Assembly (NCBI RefSeq): GCF_943913045.1
Contig: NZ_CALTVH010000001.1
Span: 24,264 to 88,263 of the forward strand
Length of the DNA: 64,000 bases
Origin: an uncultured Ezakiella sp.
GTDB lineage: Bacteria; Bacillota; Clostridia; Tissierellales; Peptoniphilaceae
Direction: 5' to 3'
The notes under the pieces are model-generated. The model ran no database searches and was not told the DNA's origin. It saw only the letters and a list, made by a program, of their open reading frames with translations. A program made the translations under genes and the position numbers. Below, piece by piece: positions 11,401 through 20,180 of the stretch (the stretch's first letter is position 1; each line of letters opens with the position of its first letter).

Positions 11401-11829
11401 AGAAACGAAAAGATGATGACCCTTGAGCTTCAAGATCTAACTGGCAGGATAGATGCAGTTGTCTTTCCAAATGTTTATAGGAAATATCGGGACAAGCTTG
11501 TAGATGGCAGCAGAGTTTTACTCGGCGGGGACTTGTCTTACAGTGATGTTGAAAAACCAAAACTAATTGTAAATCAGGTTAGTGATTTAAAACAAAGGGA
11601 AACTCTTTATATTAAAACGGATTCAGAAAAAAATTCAAATGAAATTAATATGGCTAGGGGTTTTATACAATCAAACCCTGGCGATGGGGAAGTTGTATTT
11701 TATTTTTCAGATAAAGATGCAATTGGGACTTTTAAGGATGCGAGTGCTTTATATTTAAATAGCAAGAATATAGATTTTTTAGAAAAACTTTTTGGTAAAG
11801 AAAATATAAAAAGGAATGGAGACCAATGA
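8413..11829 (+). CDS. dnaE: DNA polymerase III alpha subunit DnaE
   Basis: 1138 aa; N-terminal PHP domain MFTHLHLHTEYSLLDGA, polymerase core and OB fold; dnaE-pfkA-pyk order is conserved in Firmicutes. Confidence 0.95.
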   Translation: MFTHLHLHTEYSLLDGAIKISDLAEKAKEYNMNSVAITDHGNMYGAINFYKELKKLGIKPIIGSEVYISRGDHRLKNPDDRSGYHLILLCKNEIGLKNLMKISSEGFLNGFYYRPRVSHEFLKEHSEGLVALSACLGGEIQSYYLNGDEVSAVNAYKWYADVFKDDFYLEVQNHGIREEDVIRHYFKTLRDRFGAKLVATNDCHYLNKEDAFIQEVLMAISMGKTINDETRMTFASDEFYFKSTEEMEELFADMPDAIENTQEIADKCNVEIEFGHYHLPNFDTPGNMDHFEYLKKQTNDGIIERYEKDGEVPDEVWKRIESELGIIKDMGFVDYFLIVQDFILFAKSKGIPVGPGRGSSVGSIVCYALGIVDLDPLKYDLVFERFLNPDRVTMPDIDIDFCYERREEVIQYVKEKYGNDHVAQIITFGTMAAKGAIRDVGRVLDMPYNDVDKIAKMIPNELDITIDKALNDNPKLKDAYENDREVKKLIDISRRIEGHVRHASTHAAGVVISKSPLVNYAPLATAQDQPVTQYTMTTLEELGLLKMDFLGLRTLTVIEDSLKLIETNTGHRPSFEDMKLDDPETIKLFADVNTIGIFQFESPGMRAFLKELKVDRFEDLIAANSLFRPGPMDSIPDFCERKNSDVKIDYKHPILEKILKDTHGVIVFQEQVIAIVQQLGGYTIGRADLIRRAMSKKKMDVMEEERPIFIKGAIEKGASKELAEEVFDDMIDFAKYAFNKSHSAAYSLDAWRTAWLKTHYPKEFMASLLTSVAGQQDKVALYIEEARRMGIKIIPPDVNKSEWRFTTEGDDIRMGFKAIKGLGHNTADAIVEARKENKFTSLTDLIRAISKIDSAALNKRSFESLVYAGAFDSFGVNRRSALNQYSVIIDTVNIEKRSNVRGQFNMFGSESDSMILVNLEEFNKDELLEFEKDVLGVYVSSHPLESYEEIIKALQNKEIATINEEYEEYLSNGISFNKYRLKLAGLVSRSRVLITRRNEKMMTLELQDLTGRIDAVVFPNVYRKYRDKLVDGSRVLLGGDLSYSDVEKPKLIVNQVSDLKQRETLYIKTDSEKNSNEINMARGFIQSNPGDGEVVFYFSDKDAIGTFKDASALYLNSKNIDFLEKLFGKENIKRNGDQ

Positions 11830-12782
11830 AGATTGCAGTTTTAACTAGTGGCGGAGATGCTCCGGGCATGAACGCCTGCATAAGAGCTGTTGCAAGGACA
11901 TCTATATACCTTGGAATTGATGTCTATGGTGTAAGGATGGGATACAATGGCCTTATTGCCGATGATATGTATAAGATGAATGTCTCAAGTGTTGCTGATA
12001 TCATCCATAGGGGCGGAACTATTTTAGGAACCGCAAGAAGCGATGAGTTCATGACAGAAGAGGGACAGAAAATTGCTGCCGAGAACTTGCTTAAAAGAGG
12101 TATTAATGGTTTGGTAGTAATTGGAGGAGATGGAACTCTAACAGGTGCTTCTAAACTTTTGAATAAGGGCATAAATGTGGTTGCAATTCCAGCTACAATT
12201 GACAATGACTTAGGCTATACAGATTATACAATTGGTTTCATGACAGCAACTGAGACAATTGTGGATGCAATTTCTAAATTGCGTGATACATCCAGCTCCC
12301 ATGGACGGGCAAATGTGCTTGAAGTAATGGGTAGAAATTGTGGAGACTTAGCACTGACTGCTGGACTTGCAGGTGGTGCTGAGACAATTATTGTTCCTGA
12401 AATACCATTTGATGTAGACAAAATGGTTGAAAAAGCTGTTAGTGGAATTAAAAGAGGCAAGAGGCACCACATAATTGTAGTTGCAGAAGGTGCTGCAAGT
12501 GCTTACGATATAAGTAAAGAGCTTCAAAATAAGGCGGGTATAGAAACTCGAGAAACTGTTCTTGGCCATGTGCAAAGAGGTGGTATGCCAACTGTTTTTG
12601 ATAGACTTATGGCGTCACGCATGGGAAATATTGCAGTAAAATTATTATCTAACAATAGAACTAATATAGCCCTGGGCCTTAAGTGCAACGAGATTGTTAA
12701 ATTGGATATCGATTCTGCTTTGAATATACCAAAGAGAATTGATCAAGAAATATTTGAAATTGCAGACATATTATCTATATAG
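11826..12782 (+). CDS. pfkA: ATP-dependent 6-phosphofructokinase
   Basis: 318 aa; MKIAVLTSGGDAPGMNA, GGDGT motif. Confidence 0.95.
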   Translation: MKIAVLTSGGDAPGMNACIRAVARTSIYLGIDVYGVRMGYNGLIADDMYKMNVSSVADIIHRGGTILGTARSDEFMTEEGQKIAAENLLKRGINGLVVIGGDGTLTGASKLLNKGINVVAIPATIDNDLGYTDYTIGFMTATETIVDAISKLRDTSSSHGRANVLEVMGRNCGDLALTAGLAGGAETIIVPEIPFDVDKMVEKAVSGIKRGKRHHIIVVAEGAASAYDISKELQNKAGIETRETVLGHVQRGGMPTVFDRLMASRMGNIAVKLLSNNRTNIALGLKCNEIVKLDIDSALNIPKRIDQEIFEIADILSI

Positions 12783-12790
12783 GAGAAGAT

Positions 12791-14542
12791 ATGAATAGTA
12801 CAAAGATTGTGGCTACTATTGGCCCAGCTAGTGAGAGCGAAGAAACCTTAAAGCACATGATTTTGAATGGCCTAAATGTTGCACGTTTAAACTTTTCTCA
12901 TGGTACTCATGATGAACACCAAGTTAGAATTGACAGGATAAAAAAAGTTAGCAAGGAATTAGGAATACCCGTTGCAATAATGCTTGATACAAAGGGACCA
13001 GAAATCAGAATTGGTAGATTTAGAGAAGGACCAATTAGAATAGAGCAAGGGCAAAAATTTATCCTTACAACTGATGACAGACTTGGCGATCAAAACATGG
13101 TAAGCGTTTCTTATGACGGCATAATAAATGACGTTGAACTAGGCGGCAGGCTATTAATTGATGATGGACTAGTGGAGTTTGAAATTGTAAATATTTTCTC
13201 AAACTCTATCGAACTCAAAGCAATTAATAGTGGTGAGTTATCAGATAGGAAGGGCGTAAATATTCCTGGTGCCAAAATAAAATTGCCCACTTTAACGGAA
13301 CAAGATATAAGTGATATTAAATTTGGTATAAAAAATAATGTGGATTTTTTGGCGGCAAGTTTTATTAGAAATCGCAATGATGTTTTGTCAATCAGAAAAA
13401 TTCTAGAAGAAAATGGCGGTTATCAAATTTCCATTATTTCTAAAATTGAAAACCAAGAAGGCTTGGATAATCTAGATGATATATTAGCAGTTAGTGATGG
13501 CATTATGGTTGCTAGAGGGGACCTTGGAGTTGAGATTCCTCCACAAAACATTCCTCATGTGCAAAAGGAAATTATAAAAAAATGTAATTTTGCAAATAAG
13601 GTTGTAATAACAGCTACACAAATGCTAGACTCTATGACTAGAAACCCAAGGCCTACTAGGGCGGAAGTAATGGACGTGGCAAACTCAATACTCGATGGGA
13701 CATCTGCGGTTATGCTTTCAGGCGAAAGTGCAGCTGGTAAATATCCAGTTGAGTCTATAAAAATGATGAGGAGCATCTCTATATCCACTGAAGAGAGCCC
13801 TGAATATGAAAGAATGCAAAGGGACAGGGTGGATATAAATAGGATCACTGTTACAAATGCAATTGCAGAGGCCACATATTCAATAGCCAAAGATTTACAT
13901 GCAGCAGCAATTATTTCTGCAACTAGCAGTGGACAAACGGCTAGGGCTTTATCAAAATTTAAACCAAGGCAACCGATAATTGCTATAACTGATGACGAGC
14001 GAGTTGAAAGAAAGCTAACCATGGAATGGGGAGTTTTTCCTGTTATTATTAAAGGAATTGATAACGCAAGTGAGCTTTTTAAAGCAGGTATTGAAAAATG
14101 CAAGGATATATATTTTAAGGAGGGAGATTTAGTTGTACTCACAGCAGGCATTCCATTTTCAAAGAGTGGATCTACAAACTTGCTTAGAGTAGAAGTAATC
14201 GCAAAAATGATGACAAAGGGAATGGGAATAGGAAGCGGAAAAATTACAGGCAGGGCTGTAGTTGCTAATTCGCAAGAAGAACTTTTGAAAGATTTTAAAG
14301 ATGGTGATATAATCGTTACTCTGGGAATGGATAGAGATATGACTCCTTATGCTCAGCGTGCCAGCGCTCTTATTACTGAAGAGGGTGGCCTTACAAGTAG
14401 CGGTGCAATTATTGGCTTGTCACTTGGCTTGCCTACAATTGTTGGCGCTAATGATTGTACAAAAGAAATTAAAACTGGGGACATAATCACAGTTGATATT
14501 CCTAGCGGACAAGTGTTTAAAGGAAGCGTTGAAAATGTCTAA
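12791..14542 (+). CDS. pyk: Pyruvate kinase with C-terminal PEP-utilising-enzyme mobile domain
   Basis: 583 aa; pyruvate kinase barrel and C-domain followed by the extra PEP-utilizer domain typical of Bacillus/Clostridia pyk. Confidence 0.95.
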   Translation: MNSTKIVATIGPASESEETLKHMILNGLNVARLNFSHGTHDEHQVRIDRIKKVSKELGIPVAIMLDTKGPEIRIGRFREGPIRIEQGQKFILTTDDRLGDQNMVSVSYDGIINDVELGGRLLIDDGLVEFEIVNIFSNSIELKAINSGELSDRKGVNIPGAKIKLPTLTEQDISDIKFGIKNNVDFLAASFIRNRNDVLSIRKILEENGGYQISIISKIENQEGLDNLDDILAVSDGIMVARGDLGVEIPPQNIPHVQKEIIKKCNFANKVVITATQMLDSMTRNPRPTRAEVMDVANSILDGTSAVMLSGESAAGKYPVESIKMMRSISISTEESPEYERMQRDRVDINRITVTNAIAEATYSIAKDLHAAAIISATSSGQTARALSKFKPRQPIIAITDDERVERKLTMEWGVFPVIIKGIDNASELFKAGIEKCKDIYFKEGDLVVLTAGIPFSKSGSTNLLRVEVIAKMMTKGMGIGSGKITGRAVVANSQEELLKDFKDGDIIVTLGMDRDMTPYAQRASALITEEGGLTSSGAIIGLSLGLPTIVGANDCTKEIKTGDIITVDIPSGQVFKGSVENV

Positions 14543-14969
14543 TAAAAGGCAAAGCTGGGATAATTATTTTTTAGATATTGCCGAGATAGTTGCCAAGCGC
14601 TCAACATGCGACAGGGCTTATGTTGGTTGCGTGCTTGTAAACAATGATCATCGTATAGTAAGCACTGGCTATAATGGAAGTGTAAGTGGGAACCCTCACT
14701 GCATTGATGTTGGCCATGTTATGCGCGATGGTCATTGTATTGCTACAATTCATGCAGAAATGAACGCTCTTTTGTACTGCGCAAAGGAAGGTATAAGTGT
14801 TAAAGGATGTACGGCTTATGTAACTCACTTTCCTTGTTTAAATTGTACCAAGAGTTTGATACAAGCTGGCATAACAAGAATAGTATATATAAATGCATAT
14901 AGGCTTGATGATTATTCAATTGAGCTTCTAGATAAAAACAATATTAAAGTTGTTCAAATGGAAAGATAA
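14535..14969 (+). CDS. comEB: dCMP deaminase (ComEB-type cytidine/deoxycytidylate deaminase)
   Basis: HAEMNAL ... PCLNCTKSLIQAGI zinc-binding motifs; start moved to MSNKRQ (ATG 14535) because the track start 14493 lies inside pyk. Confidence 0.8.
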   Translation: MSNKRQSWDNYFLDIAEIVAKRSTCDRAYVGCVLVNNDHRIVSTGYNGSVSGNPHCIDVGHVMRDGHCIATIHAEMNALLYCAKEGISVKGCTAYVTHFPCLNCTKSLIQAGITRIVYINAYRLDDYSIELLDKNNIKVVQMER

Positions 14970-15005
14970 TTTACTTTGCTTATATGTAAATCGAGGAGAT
15001 AGTTT

Positions 15006-16361
15006 ATGGAAATTGTAATTGTTGGAGCTGGCAAAGTTGGCGAAGCGCTTTGCAAGGATCTGGCATCTGAAGGAAATAATATTGTATTAATTGAACTTAA
15101 CCAAAAAACTCTTGAAAAGGTTATGGAAACATCCGATATAACAGGAGTTGTTGGTAATGGGGCAAGTGTAGATATTCAGATTGAAGCAGGTGTAGAAAAC
15201 TGTGAAATGTTTATGGCTATAACCGAATCTGATGAATTGAATATAATTGCTTGCATTATTGCAAAAAAACTTGGGGCAAAGGATACAATTGCTAGAGTGA
15301 GAAACCCAGTGTACTCTCAAAATATGGATTTTGTTAAAGGTAATCTTGGCATAAAGTTTATGATAAATCCAGAAAAAGAGACGGCATACGATATAATGAA
15401 CACTTTAAAATATCCTTGCGCTTTTAGTGTAGAAAATTTCTTGTCTAATAAAGTTAATATGGTTGAGTTGATTGTTGAAAAAGATTCGCCTTTGGATGGA
15501 TTGGTTTTAAAAAATTACAATGTTACCAAAGAAAAAATTCTTATTTGTGCCGTAGAGAGAAACGGAGAAGTTTATATTCCTGCAGGGGACTTTATGCTAA
15601 TGGAGGGCGATAGATTTTATATCACCGGGACCAGTAAGGCCCTTAAGCAGTTTATAGGAAACTGCAGATACAAGGATGGAATAATTAAATCTGTTTTAAT
15701 AGTAGGTGGTAGCAGGATTGCTTTCTACTTGATTGAATTATTATTAGAAAAGAATATAAGTGTTAAGCTTATAGAAAAAGACCCTGAGATGGCAGAGTTT
15801 TTTTCAGAAACCTATCCGCACATTGTAGTCATAAATGCAGATGGGACAGACCAGCAAGTTCTTTTGGAAGAGAGAATTGAAAACTATGATGCAGTTGTAA
15901 GTTTAACTGGCATTGATGAAGAAAATATTATCATATCTATGTTTGCAATCAGTCAAAATGTTTCGAAGAACATTACAAAAATTAACAGAAATATCATGAA
16001 GGTCATAGTTGACAAACTGGGACTAGATACTATAGTTACACCTAAAAAGATAATTGCAGACAAGATAATTAGATTTGTTCGTTCACAAATTGATTCAAGT
16101 GGGTCAAGAGTAGAGAATTTTAACAGGATTTTAGACAACGAAGTAGAAGTTATTCACTTTTCGATTACAGAAAAATCAAGAGCATTGAATATTCCGCTCA
16201 AGGACTTGCACACTATACCGGGGATATTAATTGCTTGTATTAAGAGAAATGGATCTATTATTTATCCAGGTGGTAATGATTCAATTCAAATTAATGATGA
16301 GGTTTTAGTTGTAACCAAGACTAAATATCTGGATAATTTTGATGAGGCAATAGTTGGTTAG
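15006..16361 (+). CDS. trkA: Trk potassium uptake protein TrkA (two tandem NAD-binding + TrkA-C modules)
   Basis: 451 aa; GAGKVG Rossmann motif twice, RCK_C domains. Confidence 0.9.
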   Translation: MEIVIVGAGKVGEALCKDLASEGNNIVLIELNQKTLEKVMETSDITGVVGNGASVDIQIEAGVENCEMFMAITESDELNIIACIIAKKLGAKDTIARVRNPVYSQNMDFVKGNLGIKFMINPEKETAYDIMNTLKYPCAFSVENFLSNKVNMVELIVEKDSPLDGLVLKNYNVTKEKILICAVERNGEVYIPAGDFMLMEGDRFYITGTSKALKQFIGNCRYKDGIIKSVLIVGGSRIAFYLIELLLEKNISVKLIEKDPEMAEFFSETYPHIVVINADGTDQQVLLEERIENYDAVVSLTGIDEENIIISMFAISQNVSKNITKINRNIMKVIVDKLGLDTIVTPKKIIADKIIRFVRSQIDSSGSRVENFNRILDNEVEVIHFSITEKSRALNIPLKDLHTIPGILIACIKRNGSIIYPGGNDSIQINDEVLVVTKTKYLDNFDEAIVG

Positions 16362-17808
16362 TATGAACAGAAGAGTAGTATTATACAATATATCTAGAAT
16401 ACTTTTGCTGGTAGGGCTCTTGCTTTTTTTACCGATTTTAGTAGCTTTATATTATAGGGAAAGTTTTTATAATATATCCGCCTTTTTAAAATCGATACTC
16501 ATAATTGCACTTGTGAGCCTACCTTTTGCTATAAGGAAGCCCAAAAATTCAGGGGTTTATATTAAAGAGGGCATGATTGTTGTAAGTCTTTCTTGGATTT
16601 TAATTAGCTTTTTTGGGGCTTTGCCTTTTTATTTTAGTGGGCAAATTCCGAGCTTAGTCGATGCTTTTTTTGAAACAGCAAGCGGATTTACTACTACAGG
16701 CTCAAGTATATTGACAAATGTTGAGGCTCTGTCAAATTCTATGCTATTTTGGAGGAGCTTTACTCACTTCATTGGAGGTATGGGCGTCTTGGTACTGGTA
16801 CTTGCAATTTCCCCAAACACTAGTTTAAGTGACATTCAATTTATGAAGGCAGAAGTCCCAGGACCGCAATTTGGAAAGATGCTTAGCAAATTAAAAAGCA
16901 CGGCACAACTTTTATATTTGATTTATATTGGAATGACAATAATTTTAATCTTTGCCCTTATAATCGCTGGGATGCCAGTCTTTGATAGTGTCCTTCATGC
17001 ATTTGGCACAGCGGGCACGGGCGGATTTGGTATAAAGTCAGCTAGTGTTGGCTATTACAACTCGGCTTCGATTGAAATTATTATTTCCATAGGGATGATT
17101 TTATTTGGAGTAAATTTCCATGTATTTTATTTGATTCTGATTGGTAAAGTAAAAGATGCTTTAAGATCAGAAGAGCTAAAAACATATTTATCAATAATAG
17201 CCATTGCAACACTCTTGATTTTTATAAATATATTACCGAGTCAAATAAATTCTGGAAGCGCACTTCGCCAATCGCTCTTTAGTGTTTCATCTGTTATGAC
17301 AACTACTGGTTTTTCCACGGCAGATTTTGATACTTGGCCCATGTTTAGCAGGTGGGTTTTGCTTACACTTATGTTTATTGGAGGCTGTGCTGGTTCGACT
17401 GCTGGAGGTATTAAGGTCTCAAGGGTTATTATAATTTTTAAAACGGCTGTTGCCGAGGTAAAGAAAATTGTATCGCCAAATAGGTGTGTAGTCGTTAATG
17501 TGGACGGAAGAAAAGTTGAGCAGTCGGTGGAAAGAGGGGTTTCAAATTACCTGCTTATATACGCAATAGTATTTATGGCAATACTTGGACTCATATCATT
17601 TTTTACTCCTGATTTTGAAACAGCCTTTACATCTGTTGCAGCAACTTTTAACAATATAGGTCCAGGTCTTGGTGCTGTTGGTCCTACAGGAAGCTTTGCA
17701 ATGTTTCATCCGATAGCAAAAATTATTTTGTCTTTTGCAATGATTGCAGGCAGACTTGAAATTGTTCCTGTATTATTTTTGTTTAATCCTGGTATTTGGA
17801 AAAATTAA
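16354..17808 (+). CDS. trkH: Trk-type potassium transporter membrane subunit TrkH
   Basis: 484 aa polytopic membrane protein with repeated selectivity-filter-like TTTG/GG motifs; start either TTG 16354 or ATG 16363. Confidence 0.85.
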   Translation: MVSMNRRVVLYNISRILLLVGLLLFLPILVALYYRESFYNISAFLKSILIIALVSLPFAIRKPKNSGVYIKEGMIVVSLSWILISFFGALPFYFSGQIPSLVDAFFETASGFTTTGSSILTNVEALSNSMLFWRSFTHFIGGMGVLVLVLAISPNTSLSDIQFMKAEVPGPQFGKMLSKLKSTAQLLYLIYIGMTIILIFALIIAGMPVFDSVLHAFGTAGTGGFGIKSASVGYYNSASIEIIISIGMILFGVNFHVFYLILIGKVKDALRSEELKTYLSIIAIATLLIFINILPSQINSGSALRQSLFSVSSVMTTTGFSTADFDTWPMFSRWVLLTLMFIGGCAGSTAGGIKVSRVIIIFKTAVAEVKKIVSPNRCVVVNVDGRKVEQSVERGVSNYLLIYAIVFMAILGLISFFTPDFETAFTSVAATFNNIGPGLGAVGPTGSFAMFHPIAKIILSFAMIAGRLEIVPVLFLFNPGIWKN

Positions 17809-17826
17809 AATAAAATTAATAATTGG

Positions 17827-17855
17827 TTGACAATTCAAATTTAATCGTGTATAAT
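17827..17855 (+). promoter_or_regulatory. Consensus sigma-A promoter (TTGACA-17-TATAAT) driving tRNA-Cys
   Basis: TTGACA 17827-17832, 17-nt spacer, TATAAT 17850-17855, about 37 nt upstream of the tRNA 5' end. Confidence 0.55.
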
Positions 17856-17892
17856 CTTTAAGTGATGTTTGAAAAACATTATTTAAAGATGT

Positions 17893-17966
17893 GGCGGCAT
17901 AGCCAAGTGGTAAGGCACGGGTCTGCAAAACCTTGACCACCAGTTCAAATCTGGTTGCCGCCTCCA
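17893..17966 (+). tRNA. tRNA-Cys (anticodon GCA), CCA encoded
   Basis: Manual cloverleaf: acceptor GGCGGCA/TGCCGCC, 3-bp D stem GCC/GGC, anticodon loop CTGCAAA, T arm ACCAG-TTCAAAT-CTGGT, discriminator T, CCA; very close to B. subtilis tRNA-Cys. Confidence 0.85.
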
Positions 17967-17972
17967 AAATTT

Positions 17973-17998
17973 AGCAAGCTGAGTGCTTGCTTTTTTTA
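17973..17998 (+). terminator. Rho-independent terminator after tRNA-Cys
   Basis: agcaagc-tgagt-gcttgct hairpin followed by TTTTTTT. Confidence 0.6.
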
Positions 17999-18054
17999 TT
18001 TCTTAGTGTTATAATTTATATGAATTGAATACTAAGTATTGAAGCGTATTTAAA

Positions 18055-18238
18055 TTTACATTTTCAGAGAGGTCCTAATAGCTGTGATAGGGCTAGTGTT
18101 AATTTAAATGTACCGGCGCTTATGTAAGATGCAAGAAATTGCAAACCGTATCCTTTACGTTAAAGGTTTGAGAAGTAATTAGGGTGGAACCACGGATATA
18201 AAGATCATTCGTCCCTTGGGGAGGTGGTCTTTTTTTGT
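18055..18238 (+). promoter_or_regulatory. T-box riboswitch leader of thrS
   Basis: AGAGA (GA/K-turn motif) near 5' end, conserved T-box sequence AATTAGGGTGGAACCACGG at 18177-18195, followed by hairpin and T7 run at 18230-18237, 30 nt before thrS RBS; ACC (Thr) codon candidates in the stem-I region. Confidence 0.75.
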
Positions 18239-18266
18239 TGATAAAATTAAATTTTAAGGAGGATAT

Positions 18267-20180
18267 ATGAGAAAATTAGAGTTACCTGATGGAAGCATCA
18301 GAGAATTTGATGATAGCATGGATGTGTATGAAATTGTAGGGGAAATTTCTGCAGGCCTACAAAGAAATGCTACAGGAGCAGTCCTTGATGGACATGTAAT
18401 TGGCATGCAAGATGTGCCAAGCCACGATGGCAAATTTGAAGTTTTAACTTTTGATGATTTAGAAGGCAAGAAAGTTTTTTGGCACACATCTGCTCACTTG
18501 ATGGCTCTAGCTATTCAAAGATTATTCCCAGGAGTTAAATTTGCAATTGGTCCTGCAATTGACCAAGGTTTTTATTACGATTTTGATACTGAGCACAGAT
18601 TTACTCCAGAAGATCTAGAAAAAATCGAAGCAGAAATGAAAAAAATCGTAAAAGAAGGCAATGAACTCAAGAGATTTGAAATGGATAGGGATGAAGCTAT
18701 CGAACATTTCAAAAAATTAGATGAAAAATACAAGGTAGACTTAATTGAACACTTTCCATCAGGAGAAGTTATTTCATTCTATCAATTAGACGAGTTTGTA
18801 GACCTTTGCAGAGGTCCACACTTAAAAGATGTTTCAAAGATAAAAGCTTTTAAACTTTTAAGTGTTGCAGGTGCTTATTGGCGTGGAGATGAAAAAAATG
18901 AAATGCTCCAAAGAATTTACGGAATAAGTTTTCCTAAAAAATCTATGCTCGATGAATACCTAGATATGCTCGAAGAGGCTAAGAAGAGAGACCACAGAAA
19001 ACTAGGTAAAGAACTTGATTTATTTAGCATTCATGAAGAAGCTCCAGGAATTCCTTTCTTCCATCCAAACGGCATGATTTTGAAAAATGAACTTTTAAAT
19101 TGGTGGAGAAATATATTAATTGATAATGGCTATGGAGAAATTCAAACTCCTATTATTATGAATGAAGATTTATGGCACCGTTCAGGCCACTGGGACCACT
19201 ACAAAGAAAACATGTACTTTACAAGTGTTGATGACGTTCCATTTGCTATTAAGCCTATGAACTGCCCAGGCTCTACAATTGTATATGCAAATGATCTTCA
19301 CTCTTATAGGGATTTGCCAATTAGATTATCTGAATTTGGCCTTGTCCATAGACATGAACTATCTGGTGCCCTACACGGACTTATGAGGGTTAGATCTTTC
19401 ACTCAAGACGATGCTCATATTTTCTGCCTTCCATCACAAGTTGAAGATGAAATTAAAAAGATGGTAAAGCTAGCGGATTATATGTATAAGACTTTTGGAT
19501 TTAAATATACTGTTGAATTATCCACAAGACCAGAAGATTTCATGGGCGAAATTGAAACATGGAATATAGCAGAAGAGGCTCTCGAAAATGCTCTCCATGA
19601 CATGGATATAGATTTTAAACTAAATGAAGGCGACGGAGCTTTCTACGGACCAAAGATTGACTTTCATATAGAAGATGCCATTGGCAGAACTTGGCAATGT
19701 GGAACAATCCAATTGGACTTCCAAATGCCAGAGAATTTTGACCTTGTCTATGTTGATGAAAACAATGAAAGAAAGCGTCCAGTTATGCTACACAGGGCAA
19801 TATTTGGATCCATTGAAAGATTTATGGGCGTATTAATCGAACACTTGGCAGGCAAGTTCCCACTATGGTTAGCTCCAGTACAAGTTGAAGTTATACCTGT
19901 AAGTGAAAAGACAAATGAATATGCAAAAGAAGTTTATGATACACTAAAAGAAAATGGAATTAGAGTTCACTTGGATTCTAGAGACGCTAAGATGGGAGCC
20001 AAGATTAGAGAAGCACAACTTAAAAAGATTAATTATATGCTAATACTTGGTGAAAATGAAAAAGAAAATAAAAGCATTTCTATCAGAAAGAGAAATGGTG
20101 AAAATGTCAATGATGCAGATCTAAATTCATTTATAGAAGATTTGCATGATGAAATAAAAACAAAAAGGATAGGTGATTAA
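18267..20180 (+). CDS. thrS: Threonyl-tRNA synthetase
   Basis: 637 aa; TGS domain, editing domain, class II core motifs, anticodon-binding domain. Confidence 0.95.
   Translation: MRKLELPDGSIREFDDSMDVYEIVGEISAGLQRNATGAVLDGHVIGMQDVPSHDGKFEVLTFDDLEGKKVFWHTSAHLMALAIQRLFPGVKFAIGPAIDQGFYYDFDTEHRFTPEDLEKIEAEMKKIVKEGNELKRFEMDRDEAIEHFKKLDEKYKVDLIEHFPSGEVISFYQLDEFVDLCRGPHLKDVSKIKAFKLLSVAGAYWRGDEKNEMLQRIYGISFPKKSMLDEYLDMLEEAKKRDHRKLGKELDLFSIHEEAPGIPFFHPNGMILKNELLNWWRNILIDNGYGEIQTPIIMNEDLWHRSGHWDHYKENMYFTSVDDVPFAIKPMNCPGSTIVYANDLHSYRDLPIRLSEFGLVHRHELSGALHGLMRVRSFTQDDAHIFCLPSQVEDEIKKMVKLADYMYKTFGFKYTVELSTRPEDFMGEIETWNIAEEALENALHDMDIDFKLNEGDGAFYGPKIDFHIEDAIGRTWQCGTIQLDFQMPENFDLVYVDENNERKRPVMLHRAIFGSIERFMGVLIEHLAGKFPLWLAPVQVEVIPVSEKTNEYAKEVYDTLKENGIRVHLDSRDAKMGAKIREAQLKKINYMLILGENEKENKSISIRKRNGENVNDADLNSFIEDLHDEIKTKRIGD

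Noticed and set aside
14535-14969. Stand-alone dCMP deaminase considered as a possible nucleotide-depletion anti-phage effector
   Set aside because: It is a plain 145-aa ComEB-type housekeeping deaminase with no fused kinase or sensor domain, embedded between pyk and trkA with no defence-gene neighbours.
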